Source of the DNA: a plasmid
Sequence record: NZ_CP081675.1
DNA: 64,000 nucleotides
Strand: one strand, 5' to 3'
The position numbers and the translations under genes are program-made. Under the pieces are notes generated by a model. It made no database searches. It was not told the DNA's origin and saw only the letters and a list, made by a program, of their open reading frames with translations. Below, in pieces: positions 1-9,771 of the stretch (position 1 is its first letter; every line of letters starts with the position of its first letter).

Positions 1-111
1 TTCGTGGAATGTTGACTGTGGGGGTGTGTAGATAAGCGAAAGTGCCTGTCCTGCAAGGAATAATTGGACTTCTCTACGGTTCAAAAACCCTGACGGGAAG
101 GCACTTCGCAG

Positions 112-1518
112 GTGAAGAATATCGCGGCGGCATCGCCGGTGAAAGTTTCCGCCGACGGCCATGGCGTTGTGTCGCATGCCGGGATGGGCATGCTGCGTGA
201 GCTTGCCGACCGGACCGGCTTATCGGCGCAGGTCACGGCCGCGTTGGCCGACACCTACCGCGGCCCGTGGGTGTATGCGCCTGGGGAGGTGTTCGCTGAT
301 CTGGCGGCCGCGGTCGCCGACGGCGCGGACTGCATCGACGCGGTCGGTCAGCTGTGCGGTGACCGGGAGCACGTCCTGGGGGCCAAGGCCTCAACGACCA
401 CCATGTGGCGGCTGATCGATGAGCGGATCGATGCCGCGCATCTACCCGGGGTGCGCGCAGCCCGAGCCGCGGCGCGGGCAGCGGCCTGGGCTGTCGGAGC
501 CGCCCCCACCACCGGCGGCTGGCTGCATATCGACATCGATGCCACGCTGGTGATCGATCACTCCGACAACAAGGCCGGGGCTGCGCCGACCTGGAAGAAA
601 ACGTTCGGGCTGCACCCGCTGCTGGCGTTTCTGGACCGCCCCGACATCGCCGGCGGCGAAGCCCTGGCCGGGTTGCTGCGCAACGGTAACGCCGGCTCCA
701 ACACCGCCTCCGACCACATCATCGTCCTGCACCAGGCTTTGGCATCGCTGCCAGCGGCGTGGCGGCCCAACCCCGACGATCCCGACAACCCCGAGGCCCC
801 GAAGGTGTTGGTGCGCTGCGATACCGCCGGATCCACCCACAAATTCGCCGCAGCGTGCCGGGCCGCCGGGGCCGGGTTCTCCTTCGGGTACCCCGTCGAT
901 ACCCGCGTCCAGGACGCCGTGGACACCCTCAACCTCGGCGATTGCTGGTATCCAGCGATCGACACCGACGGCGGGATCCGCGACGGCGCGTGGGTCGCTG
1001 AAGCCACCGACCTGGTCAACCTGGCCTCCTGGCCCGAAGGGACCCGGCTGATCCTGCGTAAAGAACGCCCCCACCCCGGCGCGCAGTTGCGGTTCACCGA
1101 CGCCGACGGCATGCGGGTCACCGCGTTCATCACCGACACACCACCGGGTGTCGTACCCGGTCAGGTCGCCGGTCTGGAACTACGGCACCGCCAGCACGCC
1201 CGCGTCGAGGACCGTATCCGCGAACTCAAAGCCACCGGGCTGCGTAACCTGCCCTGCCACTCCTTCTGGGCCAATGCTGCCTGGCTCGAAATCGTCCTGG
1301 CCGCCGCTGACCTGGTCACCTGGACCCGCCTCATCGGGTTCGCCAGCGATCGCGCTCTGGCCCGCGTCGAGATCACCACGTTCCGCTACCGGGTCCTGCA
1401 CGTGGCCGCCCGTATCACCCGCGGCGCCCGCCAACTGCGGCTACGCATCGATGCCACCTGGCGCTGGGCGGCGGCGATCGCCGCCGCCTGGCACCGCGTC
1501 CGCACCGCCTTCGGATAA
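112..1518 (+). CDS. IS1380-family transposase (GTG start; IS ends not defined in window)
   Basis: 468 aa; N-terminal motif DGHGVVSHAGMGMLRELADRTGL and overall length match actinobacterial IS1380-family transposases as I recall them; no homology search run. Confidence 0.55.
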   Translation: MKNIAAASPVKVSADGHGVVSHAGMGMLRELADRTGLSAQVTAALADTYRGPWVYAPGEVFADLAAAVADGADCIDAVGQLCGDREHVLGAKASTTTMWRLIDERIDAAHLPGVRAARAAARAAAWAVGAAPTTGGWLHIDIDATLVIDHSDNKAGAAPTWKKTFGLHPLLAFLDRPDIAGGEALAGLLRNGNAGSNTASDHIIVLHQALASLPAAWRPNPDDPDNPEAPKVLVRCDTAGSTHKFAAACRAAGAGFSFGYPVDTRVQDAVDTLNLGDCWYPAIDTDGGIRDGAWVAEATDLVNLASWPEGTRLILRKERPHPGAQLRFTDADGMRVTAFITDTPPGVVPGQVAGLELRHRQHARVEDRIRELKATGLRNLPCHSFWANAAWLEIVLAAADLVTWTRLIGFASDRALARVEITTFRYRVLHVAARITRGARQLRLRIDATWRWAAAIAAAWHRVRTAFG

Positions 1519-1734
1519 CACCCCACCCCATCGGACCCATCAACGATGAAGGACCCACAGGCCCCAGGAAAGCCCGCCCCACCCGGCGACACGGGACAGC
1601 ACCTCTACGCCACCACACGAAAACCACTACCCAACAACACAACTCGGCATCACACCGAACCCACACCAATTACCACGCAAAATCCGGGCTAAATCGCACC
1701 GCAGCAGCACCCACCAGGTGAGTGATATCAGCAA

Positions 1735-2076
1735 TCAGCAAACAAAGAATGGGTCAAGAAACTCGCGAATCTCACGGGAGTCGGGCACGAGTCGGGCTGA
1801 GTCTGTCAAATAGTAGCTGTGACGAGTGTCGAGCATCATCACGGCTGCGGCCATCGCGGCCTGCGGATGCGGGACGCGGATCGTTCCGACATCAGGAATA
1901 GTGCACTCAGAACCCGGCCGCGTGCTCATCATCGCCGCGATCGAGTTATCGCGGGATTCTTCTGACGAACCGTGAATCGTCTGATCGTCGACAGTGATCG
2001 ACCATTCCTGGACGCAACCGCCGGTCGCGCTCACGGCAACAGCAACATCGAAAGCAGAGTATTCCGAGTCGAGCAT
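1735..2076 (-). CDS. hypothetical protein downstream of XRE regulator
   Basis: 113 aa ORF in operon-like arrangement with 2113..2508; no recognisable motif. Confidence 0.25.
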   Translation of the reverse strand: MLDSEYSAFDVAVAVSATGGCVQEWSITVDDQTIHGSSEESRDNSIAAMMSTRPGSECTIPDVGTIRVPHPQAAMAAAVMMLDTRHSYYLTDSARLVPDSREIREFLDPFFVC

Positions 2077-2112
2077 GGTTGTCCTCCAACAGTGATTCAG
2101 CGACAGCGGGTA

Positions 2113-2508
2113 CTAAGGCCGTTCCTCGGTTGTGATCGTCGGCCAGCTCCGTTGACACACTCGTACCGAGGTCACCTCGCCTGGAGCATCGCGCAACATT
2201 TCGAGCAGCGAGAGTTGTGACTCGATTCGGGGGACAGGGCCATCCGTGAGCAGAAATTCCGGCGAAACCCCGAAAAGGGCTGCGATAGCAGATAATTCGG
2301 CGTGATCGGGATCGGTTCTACGGCCGTCCAGAAGCGCATCAAGCGCACTAGCTGTCATCGACACACCGTGATGTGCCGTTATCGCTGCTGCGGCTGCTTG
2401 TGTGGACAGCGGTGGCTCAGACGCTTTGTGCATAACGCTGAACAGGCGGCGGAGTTTCGGTGCGAGGCTGCTGCAACTCACAGCATCCATTCTATCGGGC
2501 ATCGCCAC
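2113..2508 (-). CDS. XRE-family helix-turn-helix regulator
   Basis: C-terminal HTH-like segment AELSAIAALFGVSPEFLL typical of XRE/Cro-C1 DNA-binding domains. Confidence 0.4.
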   Translation of the reverse strand: MAMPDRMDAVSCSSLAPKLRRLFSVMHKASEPPLSTQAAAAAITAHHGVSMTASALDALLDGRRTDPDHAELSAIAALFGVSPEFLLTDGPVPRIESQLSLLEMLRDAPGEVTSVRVCQRSWPTITTEERP

Positions 2509-2727
2509 GTGTTGAAGCGATCAACGCATGGGGGATCGGGTCACGTCAGCGCGGCAGAAGATGGAATTGAGGGACCCTCGTTCAAGGCGGTAATGGAGCG
2601 TTTGCCGTCGTACTGGCAGTGAATACGTGCTGTTGCTGTGCTGGCAGCTGTTCCTGGCCGGAATTCAGTCGGGGCATCTTCGAATTACAGCGCGCAGTAG
2701 TGGTGCGAAAATGATCCGCTTCGCTAT

Positions 2728-3225
2728 CTATTCCGGAATGCGTTCGATGGCAGGTCCATTATGCAGGGTTGCGCGCTGTGAAGCCCATCGCCGCCAACCG
2801 TTGCGCAGCTCGCGCACGCCGACGCCGGACCAGAACAGTGCCGACAAGGCTGACACTATCCATGATGCCCAACCGTGTGCGGCGATGACAGTAGAGATCG
2901 AGGCGATGGCGAGGAGAAGCCCGGCCAGTCCGCTGAAGATCTGTCCTGGTGCTGTATCGGTAAGCAGTGAGCTGACCTGGCGTGCCCCAGCTGACCCGCG
3001 CTTGAAAATGTGCCGAGTGATTAAGCCTGCTGCCATCAATCCGAACAATGCAACCGCGGCGATTGCCGCATCGAGCGCGCTAAATGCTGAAGCGGAGGCT
3101 TGCAGCGACGCGACCAGCGTGATCGTCACTAGCACAAGTAGGACGAAGACAGCGCATCCACTGACAGCGGCCAGCACACGAACCAGCCGTTCATTTTGCG
3201 GCTGCTGACCATCGAAAATTTTCAT
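2728..3225 (-). CDS. hypothetical membrane protein
   Basis: 165 aa with several long hydrophobic stretches (4-5 predicted TM helices). Confidence 0.3.
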   Translation of the reverse strand: MKIFDGQQPQNERLVRVLAAVSGCAVFVLLVLVTITLVASLQASASAFSALDAAIAAVALFGLMAAGLITRHIFKRGSAGARQVSSLLTDTAPGQIFSGLAGLLLAIASISTVIAAHGWASWIVSALSALFWSGVGVRELRNGWRRWASQRATLHNGPAIERIPE

Positions 3226-3431
3226 ACCCTGATTCTCCCAACCTGGTCTGACATCTGCGGCTCGGAACGCTTCTTCCCTGGTGAGACCAAATCCGGTTCT
3301 GGCCTATTTCTGGAATTCTCTCTGAGAGAGAGTGCTGCTGTTGTTGTTGTACTCGGTAGCGGTTCTACGATTCCGCCGTCACGCAACATTATTCGTCACG
3401 GTGACGATTTGCAGTGATGCACTCGCATGCC

Positions 3432-3710
3432 TCAGCTGGGGCGGTAGATGTGTGCCCGGTGCTCGACACGGCCGATCAGGAGGGCGTGGGCGTCGTCGAG
3501 TATGCGGAAGGTGACGCGATAGTCGCCGCGTCGTGCGACTCGCCAGCCCTCCAGCTCGTGACGGAGCGGCTTCGACATCCGGTATGGGTCGGTGGGCAGT
3601 GTTGCGGTGATGAACTCCACGATCGCGGCCGCCACTTTGTGCGGAAGTCGATCCAGTGCCCGGACCGCGCTGGGCGCCAGTCGGACCGCCCATGGCTGGT
3701 CGTTGCTCAC
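3432..3710 (-). CDS. RelE/ParE-family type II toxin
   Basis: 92 aa; WRVARRGDYRVTFRI...LLIGRVEHRAH pattern typical of RelE/ParE fold; 4-bp overlap with upstream antitoxin gene. Confidence 0.65.
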   Translation of the reverse strand: MSNDQPWAVRLAPSAVRALDRLPHKVAAAIVEFITATLPTDPYRMSKPLRHELEGWRVARRGDYRVTFRILDDAHALLIGRVEHRAHIYRPS

Positions 3711-3976
3711 GACAGACCGTAGCGTTTACGCAGATCTTCACCGGTGATGGTCTTGCCGGCGGCGTAGTCGGCGTCTGCCTGGTTGAGTTCGTCGACGAGC
3801 CCTGGGGTCCGTAAAGCATGCAGGGTTTCATTGAGTGAGTCCAGATCGTCGGCAGACATCAAGACCGCGGCGGCACGCCCGTGCCGGGTGATCCGGATGA
3901 TCTCGTGCGTGCTGTCGGCCTCGTCGACCAACGCTGAAAGCTTGTCCTTGGCCTCGCTGAGCGGTACCGTCTTCAT
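3707..3976 (-). CDS. Phd/YefM-family antitoxin
   Basis: 89 aa; N-terminal MKTVPLSEAKDKLSALVDEA... matches Phd/YefM antitoxins; ATGA overlap with toxin. Confidence 0.65.
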   Translation of the reverse strand: MKTVPLSEAKDKLSALVDEADSTHEIIRITRHGRAAAVLMSADDLDSLNETLHALRTPGLVDELNQADADYAAGKTITGEDLRKRYGLS

Positions 3977-4138
3977 GTGACGATAATAGCCGGATTATTA
4001 GCCTCTGACTAGTCGCATGATTAACTTTCAATTAGCCGGACATTTAGCCGATAACGTACCTTATGTCAGTTAAGCGTCACTTAACACTTGTGATTAGCGG
4101 CTATTGACATACGTCCGTATCGCCTTCATGCTGGGTGA

Positions 4139-5344
4139 ATGCCTCCCAGCAGTCGCCTGGTCGATCTGATCGACTGGTACAAGAACGCCCATCCGGACGT
4201 CACGGACGCCGAGATCGCGCGACGGGTCGGTATCACGCGGGCGAATCTGTCTCAGTGGCGCTCCAATGGTGTGCGTGGATGGCCGGCGCGGGCCACACTC
4301 GACGCGTTGGCCGCAACGATCGGCCGGCCATATCGCGAAGTGCTGGACGCCGTACTGGCCGATAGCGGCTATGCGGATACCAGCAGGAGATCCACAGCCA
4401 CGGCGCGGGCGCACCAGGTGGTGCTCGACGAGGCGGTGCGGGTGCTCACCGAAGCCGCGAGGCTCACCAACCAGCCGGTACGTCGAGCGGCCGATGGTTC
4501 TTGGGAACCTGACCTGGATGCCGATGGCCTCCCGATCGATTGGGCCGCGTTCGTCACCGCAGCCCTTGCTGGCGCGGCCGCCAACATCGGTGGCATTGAT
4601 GCGATCTTGGCGGGCCGGCCGGGCTCCTGGGAAGCTGGCGTGGTTCGGGATGCCCTCAATGCCGCTGTGGGCCACGATGAATGGGATTTGTGGCGGCACC
4701 GCACCGAGCCGGTCAACGTCGTTGTGCACCCCGAGCGGATCCTGTCCGATGTGGATTCGTTGGCGTGGTTTCGTGAGTTTGACGCCGCGGAGACTGAGCT
4801 GCAACGCCGGGAGAACGCCATCAGACCCGGTCGGGTGTACAGCTACCCCGGCCACGAGCTGAGCGAGCGCATGCGGGCGTACTTCACGGATCTGGGTGTC
4901 GAGATCATTGACGGTCCTCCCCCACCGCTACCGACGGTCGAGGAGATCGAGGCGGCCGTGGCAGCCGAACAGGAAAACCCGACCGAGCTCACCCCCGAAG
5001 AGCAGGCGGCCGAGGACGCCCTGGCGGCGATCGAGGTACTCAGAGACCGCCTGGAAGCCCTTCAGCGCGACGAACTCGCCGAATACGGACAACGCCTCGC
5101 CCAGGCCGTTCGAGAGCGTCTCGCGGCGCTCAAGCTCCCTGTTCCGGTGACGGTGACCGTCGACCTCGACAGTCCGCCACATGAGGCACCACAAACCCCG
5201 ATTGATGGCTGGGCTACCGGAGCGGTCGAACGGGCGATCGCCGCAGCGATCGCCGAAACCCCGACCCCCGACACACTGCCCGGCACGCCCCTTGAACGGG
5301 CCGACGCCGCCCTCGCCGGCGAGAACGGATCCACCGATGAATGA
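4139..5344 (+). CDS. HTH-domain protein with acidic coiled-coil C-terminus (plasmid regulator?)
   Basis: N-terminal HTH-like ARRVGITRANLSQWRSNG; Glu/Ala-rich C-terminal half. Confidence 0.4.
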   Translation: MPPSSRLVDLIDWYKNAHPDVTDAEIARRVGITRANLSQWRSNGVRGWPARATLDALAATIGRPYREVLDAVLADSGYADTSRRSTATARAHQVVLDEAVRVLTEAARLTNQPVRRAADGSWEPDLDADGLPIDWAAFVTAALAGAAANIGGIDAILAGRPGSWEAGVVRDALNAAVGHDEWDLWRHRTEPVNVVVHPERILSDVDSLAWFREFDAAETELQRRENAIRPGRVYSYPGHELSERMRAYFTDLGVEIIDGPPPPLPTVEEIEAAVAAEQENPTELTPEEQAAEDALAAIEVLRDRLEALQRDELAEYGQRLAQAVRERLAALKLPVPVTVTVDLDSPPHEAPQTPIDGWATGAVERAIAAAIAETPTPDTLPGTPLERADAALAGENGSTDE

Positions 5345-5507
5345 ACCCGACCTCGCCAAGCTCTCCGAAGCCGCAGACCAGTGCGGGATCCCGGCCGACG
5401 TCCTCAGGATCATGGCTGCCGACGATCTACTCCCCCAGGTCGTACGCGGCCGCGGCGGCCAAGGGAGCCGGACCCCGACTCCGACTCCCCCAACCGCGGC
5501 GGTCGGC

Positions 5508-6374
5508 TTACTTCTGCTTCTTGGCTGGTCCCGCACTGCTGGGCAGGTAGGCGTCGAGCGCGGCCGCCACCATCTCGCTGCGGTTGGTTTCCCGCGCGCC
5601 CGGGCGCTGCGCACGGATCTGCTTGGTCGACCAGTCTTGCAGTGTCTTCATGACCTTCAGCTCAGCCTTTGTCGGCCGAATCCGCAGCGGCAGTGGCGTT
5701 TCAGACCCCGAGTCGCCGGGCGTGTCGCGCCACGGAAAGAGATCGCCGGGGTTAGGGCCTGGCCGACGATCAAGTATCAGAGTAGGGAGCTCGTGAGCAT
5801 GTTTCCGCAGAGCATTCAGCACGACGGCAGTGTGACTGGGCGCTTTGGACCGGGCCTTGTCGAATCGTGCGACGATTGATTCCGGGATGCTCATGACGGT
5901 TGGCGACACGATCTGCGCTTCGGGATCTCGCAGGTCGCTGTCGAGGACTGGGAGTTCGGCGTTGGCCGGCGAGGCTGACGCTTCCTCGCGCGACTCGTCA
6001 GCATGGCTGGACGAGTCGCGCCTGACCTGTTCATCCGGGGCGGGCTCGACGGGCACAAGGGCCGACCCCGTGGCTGCAGGCTCGGCGGTCTCGGCGCTGG
6101 GGAGTACGACCCGGTCCGCGGACTCCTGCGGCTTGGGCTCGGCCGGCGGTGCCTGCTCGGTGTCCGTGTCGACGACTGGTTCTGGCCGGGCTGGAGTCTC
6201 TTGGACAGACGTAGGCGGGTCGTTGACCGTGTCGGGTACGACAGCCAGAGGCGTTGGTGTCGCAGGGTGGCGCGGTGGCGGTGCCTGACGTGTGCGCCGT
6301 GTGCGCCGCTTGTTCAGCGCGTCAACTCCGCCGCCGAGGCCGGACTGTTGGTTCTGGGTCATCGTCTCACTCAC
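5508..6374 (-). CDS. ParB-like/ribbon-helix-helix centromere-binding protein (partition adaptor)
   Basis: Pro/Glu-rich disordered protein with C-terminal RHH-like RSEMVAAALDAYL; 8-bp overlap with parA immediately upstream. Confidence 0.45.
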   Translation of the reverse strand: MSETMTQNQQSGLGGGVDALNKRRTRRTRQAPPPRHPATPTPLAVVPDTVNDPPTSVQETPARPEPVVDTDTEQAPPAEPKPQESADRVVLPSAETAEPAATGSALVPVEPAPDEQVRRDSSSHADESREEASASPANAELPVLDSDLRDPEAQIVSPTVMSIPESIVARFDKARSKAPSHTAVVLNALRKHAHELPTLILDRRPGPNPGDLFPWRDTPGDSGSETPLPLRIRPTKAELKVMKTLQDWSTKQIRAQRPGARETNRSEMVAAALDAYLPSSAGPAKKQK

Positions 6375-7329
6375 TCTTCCCTGCTGCCCTGGTAATGGCC
6401 AGTTCCACCACCGCTCTGGCCACTGCCGTCACCTCTTGTACGAATGGTCTGCTGCGGGCCGGCACCGGTTTACGTGCCGATACAGCCATGCGGTACTGGC
6501 GCTGGGCGAGCCAGCTGTACTTGCTGATCGGGGGCAACACCGGAATGCCGTAAGTCTTGCTGATCGATGCCAGGTGGTCGACTCGCTTCTTGGGTGCGGC
6601 AGCCACCACGTTCGGCACGATGAGCAGCGGGTAGGACCGGAGCTCATCGGCCATCCCTTCTAGAGCTTCGAGTGCTCGGACTTCCAGGACGACGGGCGCG
6701 ACGATGACATGCGCGGCAGCGACGGCGCCGTAGGTGCTGTCGCCGCCGCCTGGGTGGGTGTCGATGACGACGGGACGCTGCCACTCAGTCGACCACTGCT
6801 CGATGTGGCGCGTGATGACTTCGTCTTCGGGTTGGTTGGCCATCCAGTCGGGGTGCGACGGCACAAGATCGGCACGGAACTCGCCGCCCTTGAGCGGCCG
6901 CGGGGTGCGTCCGGTCTCGAATGCGTCGAGCAGTGGAGCGTTGGTGCGGGTCTCGTGGCGATAGCCCCATGCACGGCTGGCGTTGCCACGGTCCCAGTCG
7001 AAGTCGACAAGTACCGCGGCCAAGATCCAGGCGACCTCCTTGGCGATTTCAGTCTTGCCAACTCCGCCCTTCCATGCTGCGACGGCTACGAGCAGATCTT
7101 GCAGAGCCTCACGCAGATCCGACTCTGGAATGGTGGACAGCAGGGAGTCCTCCCATCCGGTGTCTTCTCTGTCTTCGCGACCAAACGGATACTTCAGCCG
7201 CTCCAGGGCGAGATCGATCGGTGAGGTCTCGGCGTCAATGAGGCTGGTAGTCGTCATGCGTTCTGCCACTCCCCCGCTCGCGCGGTAGATTCTCGGATAT
7301 GCCTCGCGGTGTTCCGCGTCATGTGTCAC
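6367..7329 (-). CDS. parA: ParA-family partition ATPase
   Basis: Deviant Walker A KGGVGKT and ParA/MinD-like downstream motifs; long N-terminal extension. Confidence 0.75.
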   Translation of the reverse strand: MTHDAEHREAYPRIYRASGGVAERMTTTSLIDAETSPIDLALERLKYPFGREDREDTGWEDSLLSTIPESDLREALQDLLVAVAAWKGGVGKTEIAKEVAWILAAVLVDFDWDRGNASRAWGYRHETRTNAPLLDAFETGRTPRPLKGGEFRADLVPSHPDWMANQPEDEVITRHIEQWSTEWQRPVVIDTHPGGGDSTYGAVAAAHVIVAPVVLEVRALEALEGMADELRSYPLLIVPNVVAAAPKKRVDHLASISKTYGIPVLPPISKYSWLAQRQYRMAVSARKPVPARSRPFVQEVTAVARAVVELAITRAAGKSE

Positions 7330-7334
7330 ATGTT

Positions 7335-7410
7335 AACGGCTGCAATATCTCATTGTCTATCGCACCCTATCGCGTGTCGCCTACGTCACGCGATAGGTCA
7401 TGAGATACGC
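7335..7410. promoter_or_regulatory. parS-like/operator repeats upstream of parA
   Basis: Contains arm fragments of the 38-bp palindrome at 8848-8885: TGCAATATCTCAT (7341-7353), TATCGCGTG (7368-7376), CACGCGATA (7388-7396) and CATGAGATA (7399-7407). Confidence 0.4.
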
Positions 7411-7811
7411 GATGCGATACTCGGTGCGTCCACGGTTCCGTTGTGTCACGTGTTAGCGTGCGCATTGCGCTACGCATCATGTGACCGGATATGCTGCGCA
7501 GTATCACATCCACCGTCGTATGCGTTACTGCACCTGCTAATCCAGCCGCCCATTCACGCGCAGTCTCGCGGGATAATGCGTCCGTTGCGTGATGCGTGAT
7601 TACTCGCGTTGCTCCACGTAGTCTTTGACGGGAGGTTTGCTCCAATGTCATCCGCGTTGTGCCCCGCAATGAGTCGCGGGGGAGCCCCTGCGTTACGTGT
7701 CGGAGTGCTTCACCCAACCTCTGTCGCGATGGCTTGTCGTAATCCCCCGGTGACCGCCCAAACCCCGAAGACCCAACACCATCCGAATCCGAGCTACGAA
7801 AAGGAAGCCTG

Positions 7812-8786
7812 ATGACTCTTGTGGACGAGCGGTCTGTAGTTGCTGCGGACGTTTCTGATGAACCCGCTGCTTCTCCACGTCCGGAACCGGCAGAGAATGC
7901 GCCGACAGCGCCGGCCGGGGGACATGTCGATAGAGCGGCGAAGGAGAAGCGGCTGGGGTGGCTTTGGCGCGGCCGAAAAGGGCGTGTGAAGCCCGCGGCG
8001 CCAATGCAGCAAGTGGCTGAGCCGGCCAGGGGGGACGATCGAGAAGCTGAGAAGCTGGTGATGCTGCACCGCGCTCGCAAGAGCGCGGTGGCGGTGACGG
8101 TGTTCATCGCGGGCGGTTCGTTCGCGCTGTCGTTCTACTCCCTATGGGACATGGCCTCCCAACTGGCGTGGCCGGGGTACATCGCGTGGCTGTGGCCGCT
8201 GATCGTGGACGGGATGATCATCGTCGCCACGATGGCGCTGGTGGCCTTCGGCGGTTACGCCGGCCAGAAGACGAACGTGATCTATTCGTGGTGTGTTCTG
8301 GCGTTCGGGGCCGTGGTCAGCATGGCGGCCAACTTCGTCCATCCGTTGTTGCCTCATCTGATGGGCCAGTCGCAGGGGCCCATCACGGCGGGTATGTGGC
8401 TGGGGGCCGGCATGTCCTGCATCCCGCCGATCGCACTTCTGGCGTGCACGCATCTGTTGGCGCGGTTGTGGGCGTTCAGCCCGGAGGGCGCGAACGTTGC
8501 TGCGGCAGCGACCGAGACGGTGGTGGCGGTGGTGGCGGATTCGGCCGGGGGAGCGGCGGAGCTGTCCCGCGCTGTGGCGGGGCGGATTCAGGCTAGCGGG
8601 AAGTTGTCCAGCTATCCGGAGGATGATGTCGCTGAGATGATTCGGCTGCTCTTCCAGACCGAACCACCGTTGAAGCTGCGCGAGATCGGCAGGATGGTCG
8701 ATCGGCACCATGACGTGGTGGGCAGGGTGCGCGACGAGGTGTCCGCCCTGCTCGGGGTAGGTATAGCCGGAGATGCTGCCGGCTGA
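7812..8786 (+). CDS. membrane protein, DUF2637-like (plasmid/phage associated)
   Basis: 324 aa; 4 predicted TM helices (FYSLWDMASQLAWPGYIAWLWPLIVDGMIIVATMAL...). Confidence 0.4.
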   Translation: MTLVDERSVVAADVSDEPAASPRPEPAENAPTAPAGGHVDRAAKEKRLGWLWRGRKGRVKPAAPMQQVAEPARGDDREAEKLVMLHRARKSAVAVTVFIAGGSFALSFYSLWDMASQLAWPGYIAWLWPLIVDGMIIVATMALVAFGGYAGQKTNVIYSWCVLAFGAVVSMAANFVHPLLPHLMGQSQGPITAGMWLGAGMSCIPPIALLACTHLLARLWAFSPEGANVAAAATETVVAVVADSAGGAAELSRAVAGRIQASGKLSSYPEDDVAEMIRLLFQTEPPLKLREIGRMVDRHHDVVGRVRDEVSALLGVGIAGDAAG

Positions 8787-8847
8787 CAAACACCTGGCGG
8801 AGCCTTGGCGGAAGGTGGCGAGATGTCCGCCACTTCATCACTGATGC

Positions 8848-8885
8848 TATCGCGTGCAATATCTCATGAGATATTGCACGCGATA
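8848..8885. repeat. perfect 38-bp palindrome TATCGCGTGCAATATCTCATGAGATATTGCACGCGATA (putative centromere/operator)
   Basis: Read directly; reverse complement identical; related half-sites in parA upstream region. Confidence 0.6.
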
Positions 8886-9056
8886 CCTCTGGGGCTAATT
8901 TCGTTGCCTCATGTAGGGAGCCGCGGCGTCGGATACCGGGCGGCTCCTGCACCGACTGTGCAAGGGAGGGACGCAAGCGTGCGTCGGGGGCGAACAACAG
9001 GTGCCCGCCCTACAGCGGGCATCGAATCCCAGGCGCTCGGCAGAAGTCTCCGAGTG

Positions 9057-9386
9057 CTAATCGATCGTGTCGGGCACTGGAGTGTCTTCAGCCAGTGCTT
9101 TGGCAAGAAGCTCGATGGCGAGGGTCCAGGCAGTGCTTGGTTGGCGCTCGTAGTAGACCCTGCGGTCCACACCATCCACACGCTTTATCAAGCCCGCGAC
9201 GACAAGGCCTGGGAACACGTTCTGGAAGGAGCTTTGGGAGGGGAATCCGTGTTCTTTGACCAGGTCTGATGGATTGACACGACCGTCGGAGCTTTGCGCA
9301 ATGGCCGCCATTACGGCAAGTCGGTGTCGTTGCCCGAACAGAGCGTACGAGATCTCCTGAACTCGCTCAGACTGGGCGTACGACAC
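9057..9386 (-). CDS. winged-helix transcriptional regulator
   Basis: 109 aa; pattern resembling ArsR/MarR-like wHTH; divergent from 9501..9770. Confidence 0.35.
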   Translation of the reverse strand: MSYAQSERVQEISYALFGQRHRLAVMAAIAQSSDGRVNPSDLVKEHGFPSQSSFQNVFPGLVVAGLIKRVDGVDRRVYYERQPSTAWTLAIELLAKALAEDTPVPDTID

Positions 9387-9394
9387 GCCGACAT

Positions 9395-9460
9395 CGTATT
9401 ACGCCATGCGCGTTACGGGTATCGCGTAACGTATATGGCGTAACGCGATATGCGTAATAG
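9395..9460. promoter_or_regulatory. iteron/inverted-repeat cluster in divergent intergenic region
   Basis: CGCGTTACG-GGTAT-CGCGTAACG plus further GCGTAACGCGATATGCGTAATAGC repeats. Confidence 0.3.
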
Positions 9461-9500
9461 CAGGTCAGGGCGCTGTATTATATGATCGTGTCAGGGATAT

Positions 9501-9770
9501 TTGACCAACCGGATGGGATGTGACGTGGCGACGAAGAAGCCAGGCCGCAAGGTGTATGGCCCGACAGGTATCAAGCATGGGTCTGAGCAGCGCCGGTCGA
9601 CCCAGTTCATCCGCAAGCGCCTGACCGAGTCCGAAAAGGAACTGATTAGACGGCTGGCCCAACATCGGGGAGTCTCGGAGGCCGATCTATTGGCACCACA
9701 CGTGGAGAAGCTTCTTCGCGAGGCGCAGCTGCTACAGACCGCTGAAGGTCCGTTGGCAGCGACGGGATGA
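9501..9770 (+). CDS. small basic hypothetical protein
   Basis: 89 aa ORF, convergent with rep. Confidence 0.25.
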   Translation: MTNRMGCDVATKKPGRKVYGPTGIKHGSEQRRSTQFIRKRLTESEKELIRRLAQHRGVSEADLLAPHVEKLLREAQLLQTAEGPLAATG

Positions 9771-9771
9771 T

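Noticed and set aside
4094-4855. 253-aa minus-strand ORF
   Set aside because: Fully antisense to the HTH-containing + strand gene 4139..5344 and has no motif; a typical high-GC shadow ORF
6709-7224. 171-aa + strand ORF
   Set aside because: Antisense to parA, whose Walker A motif is unambiguous
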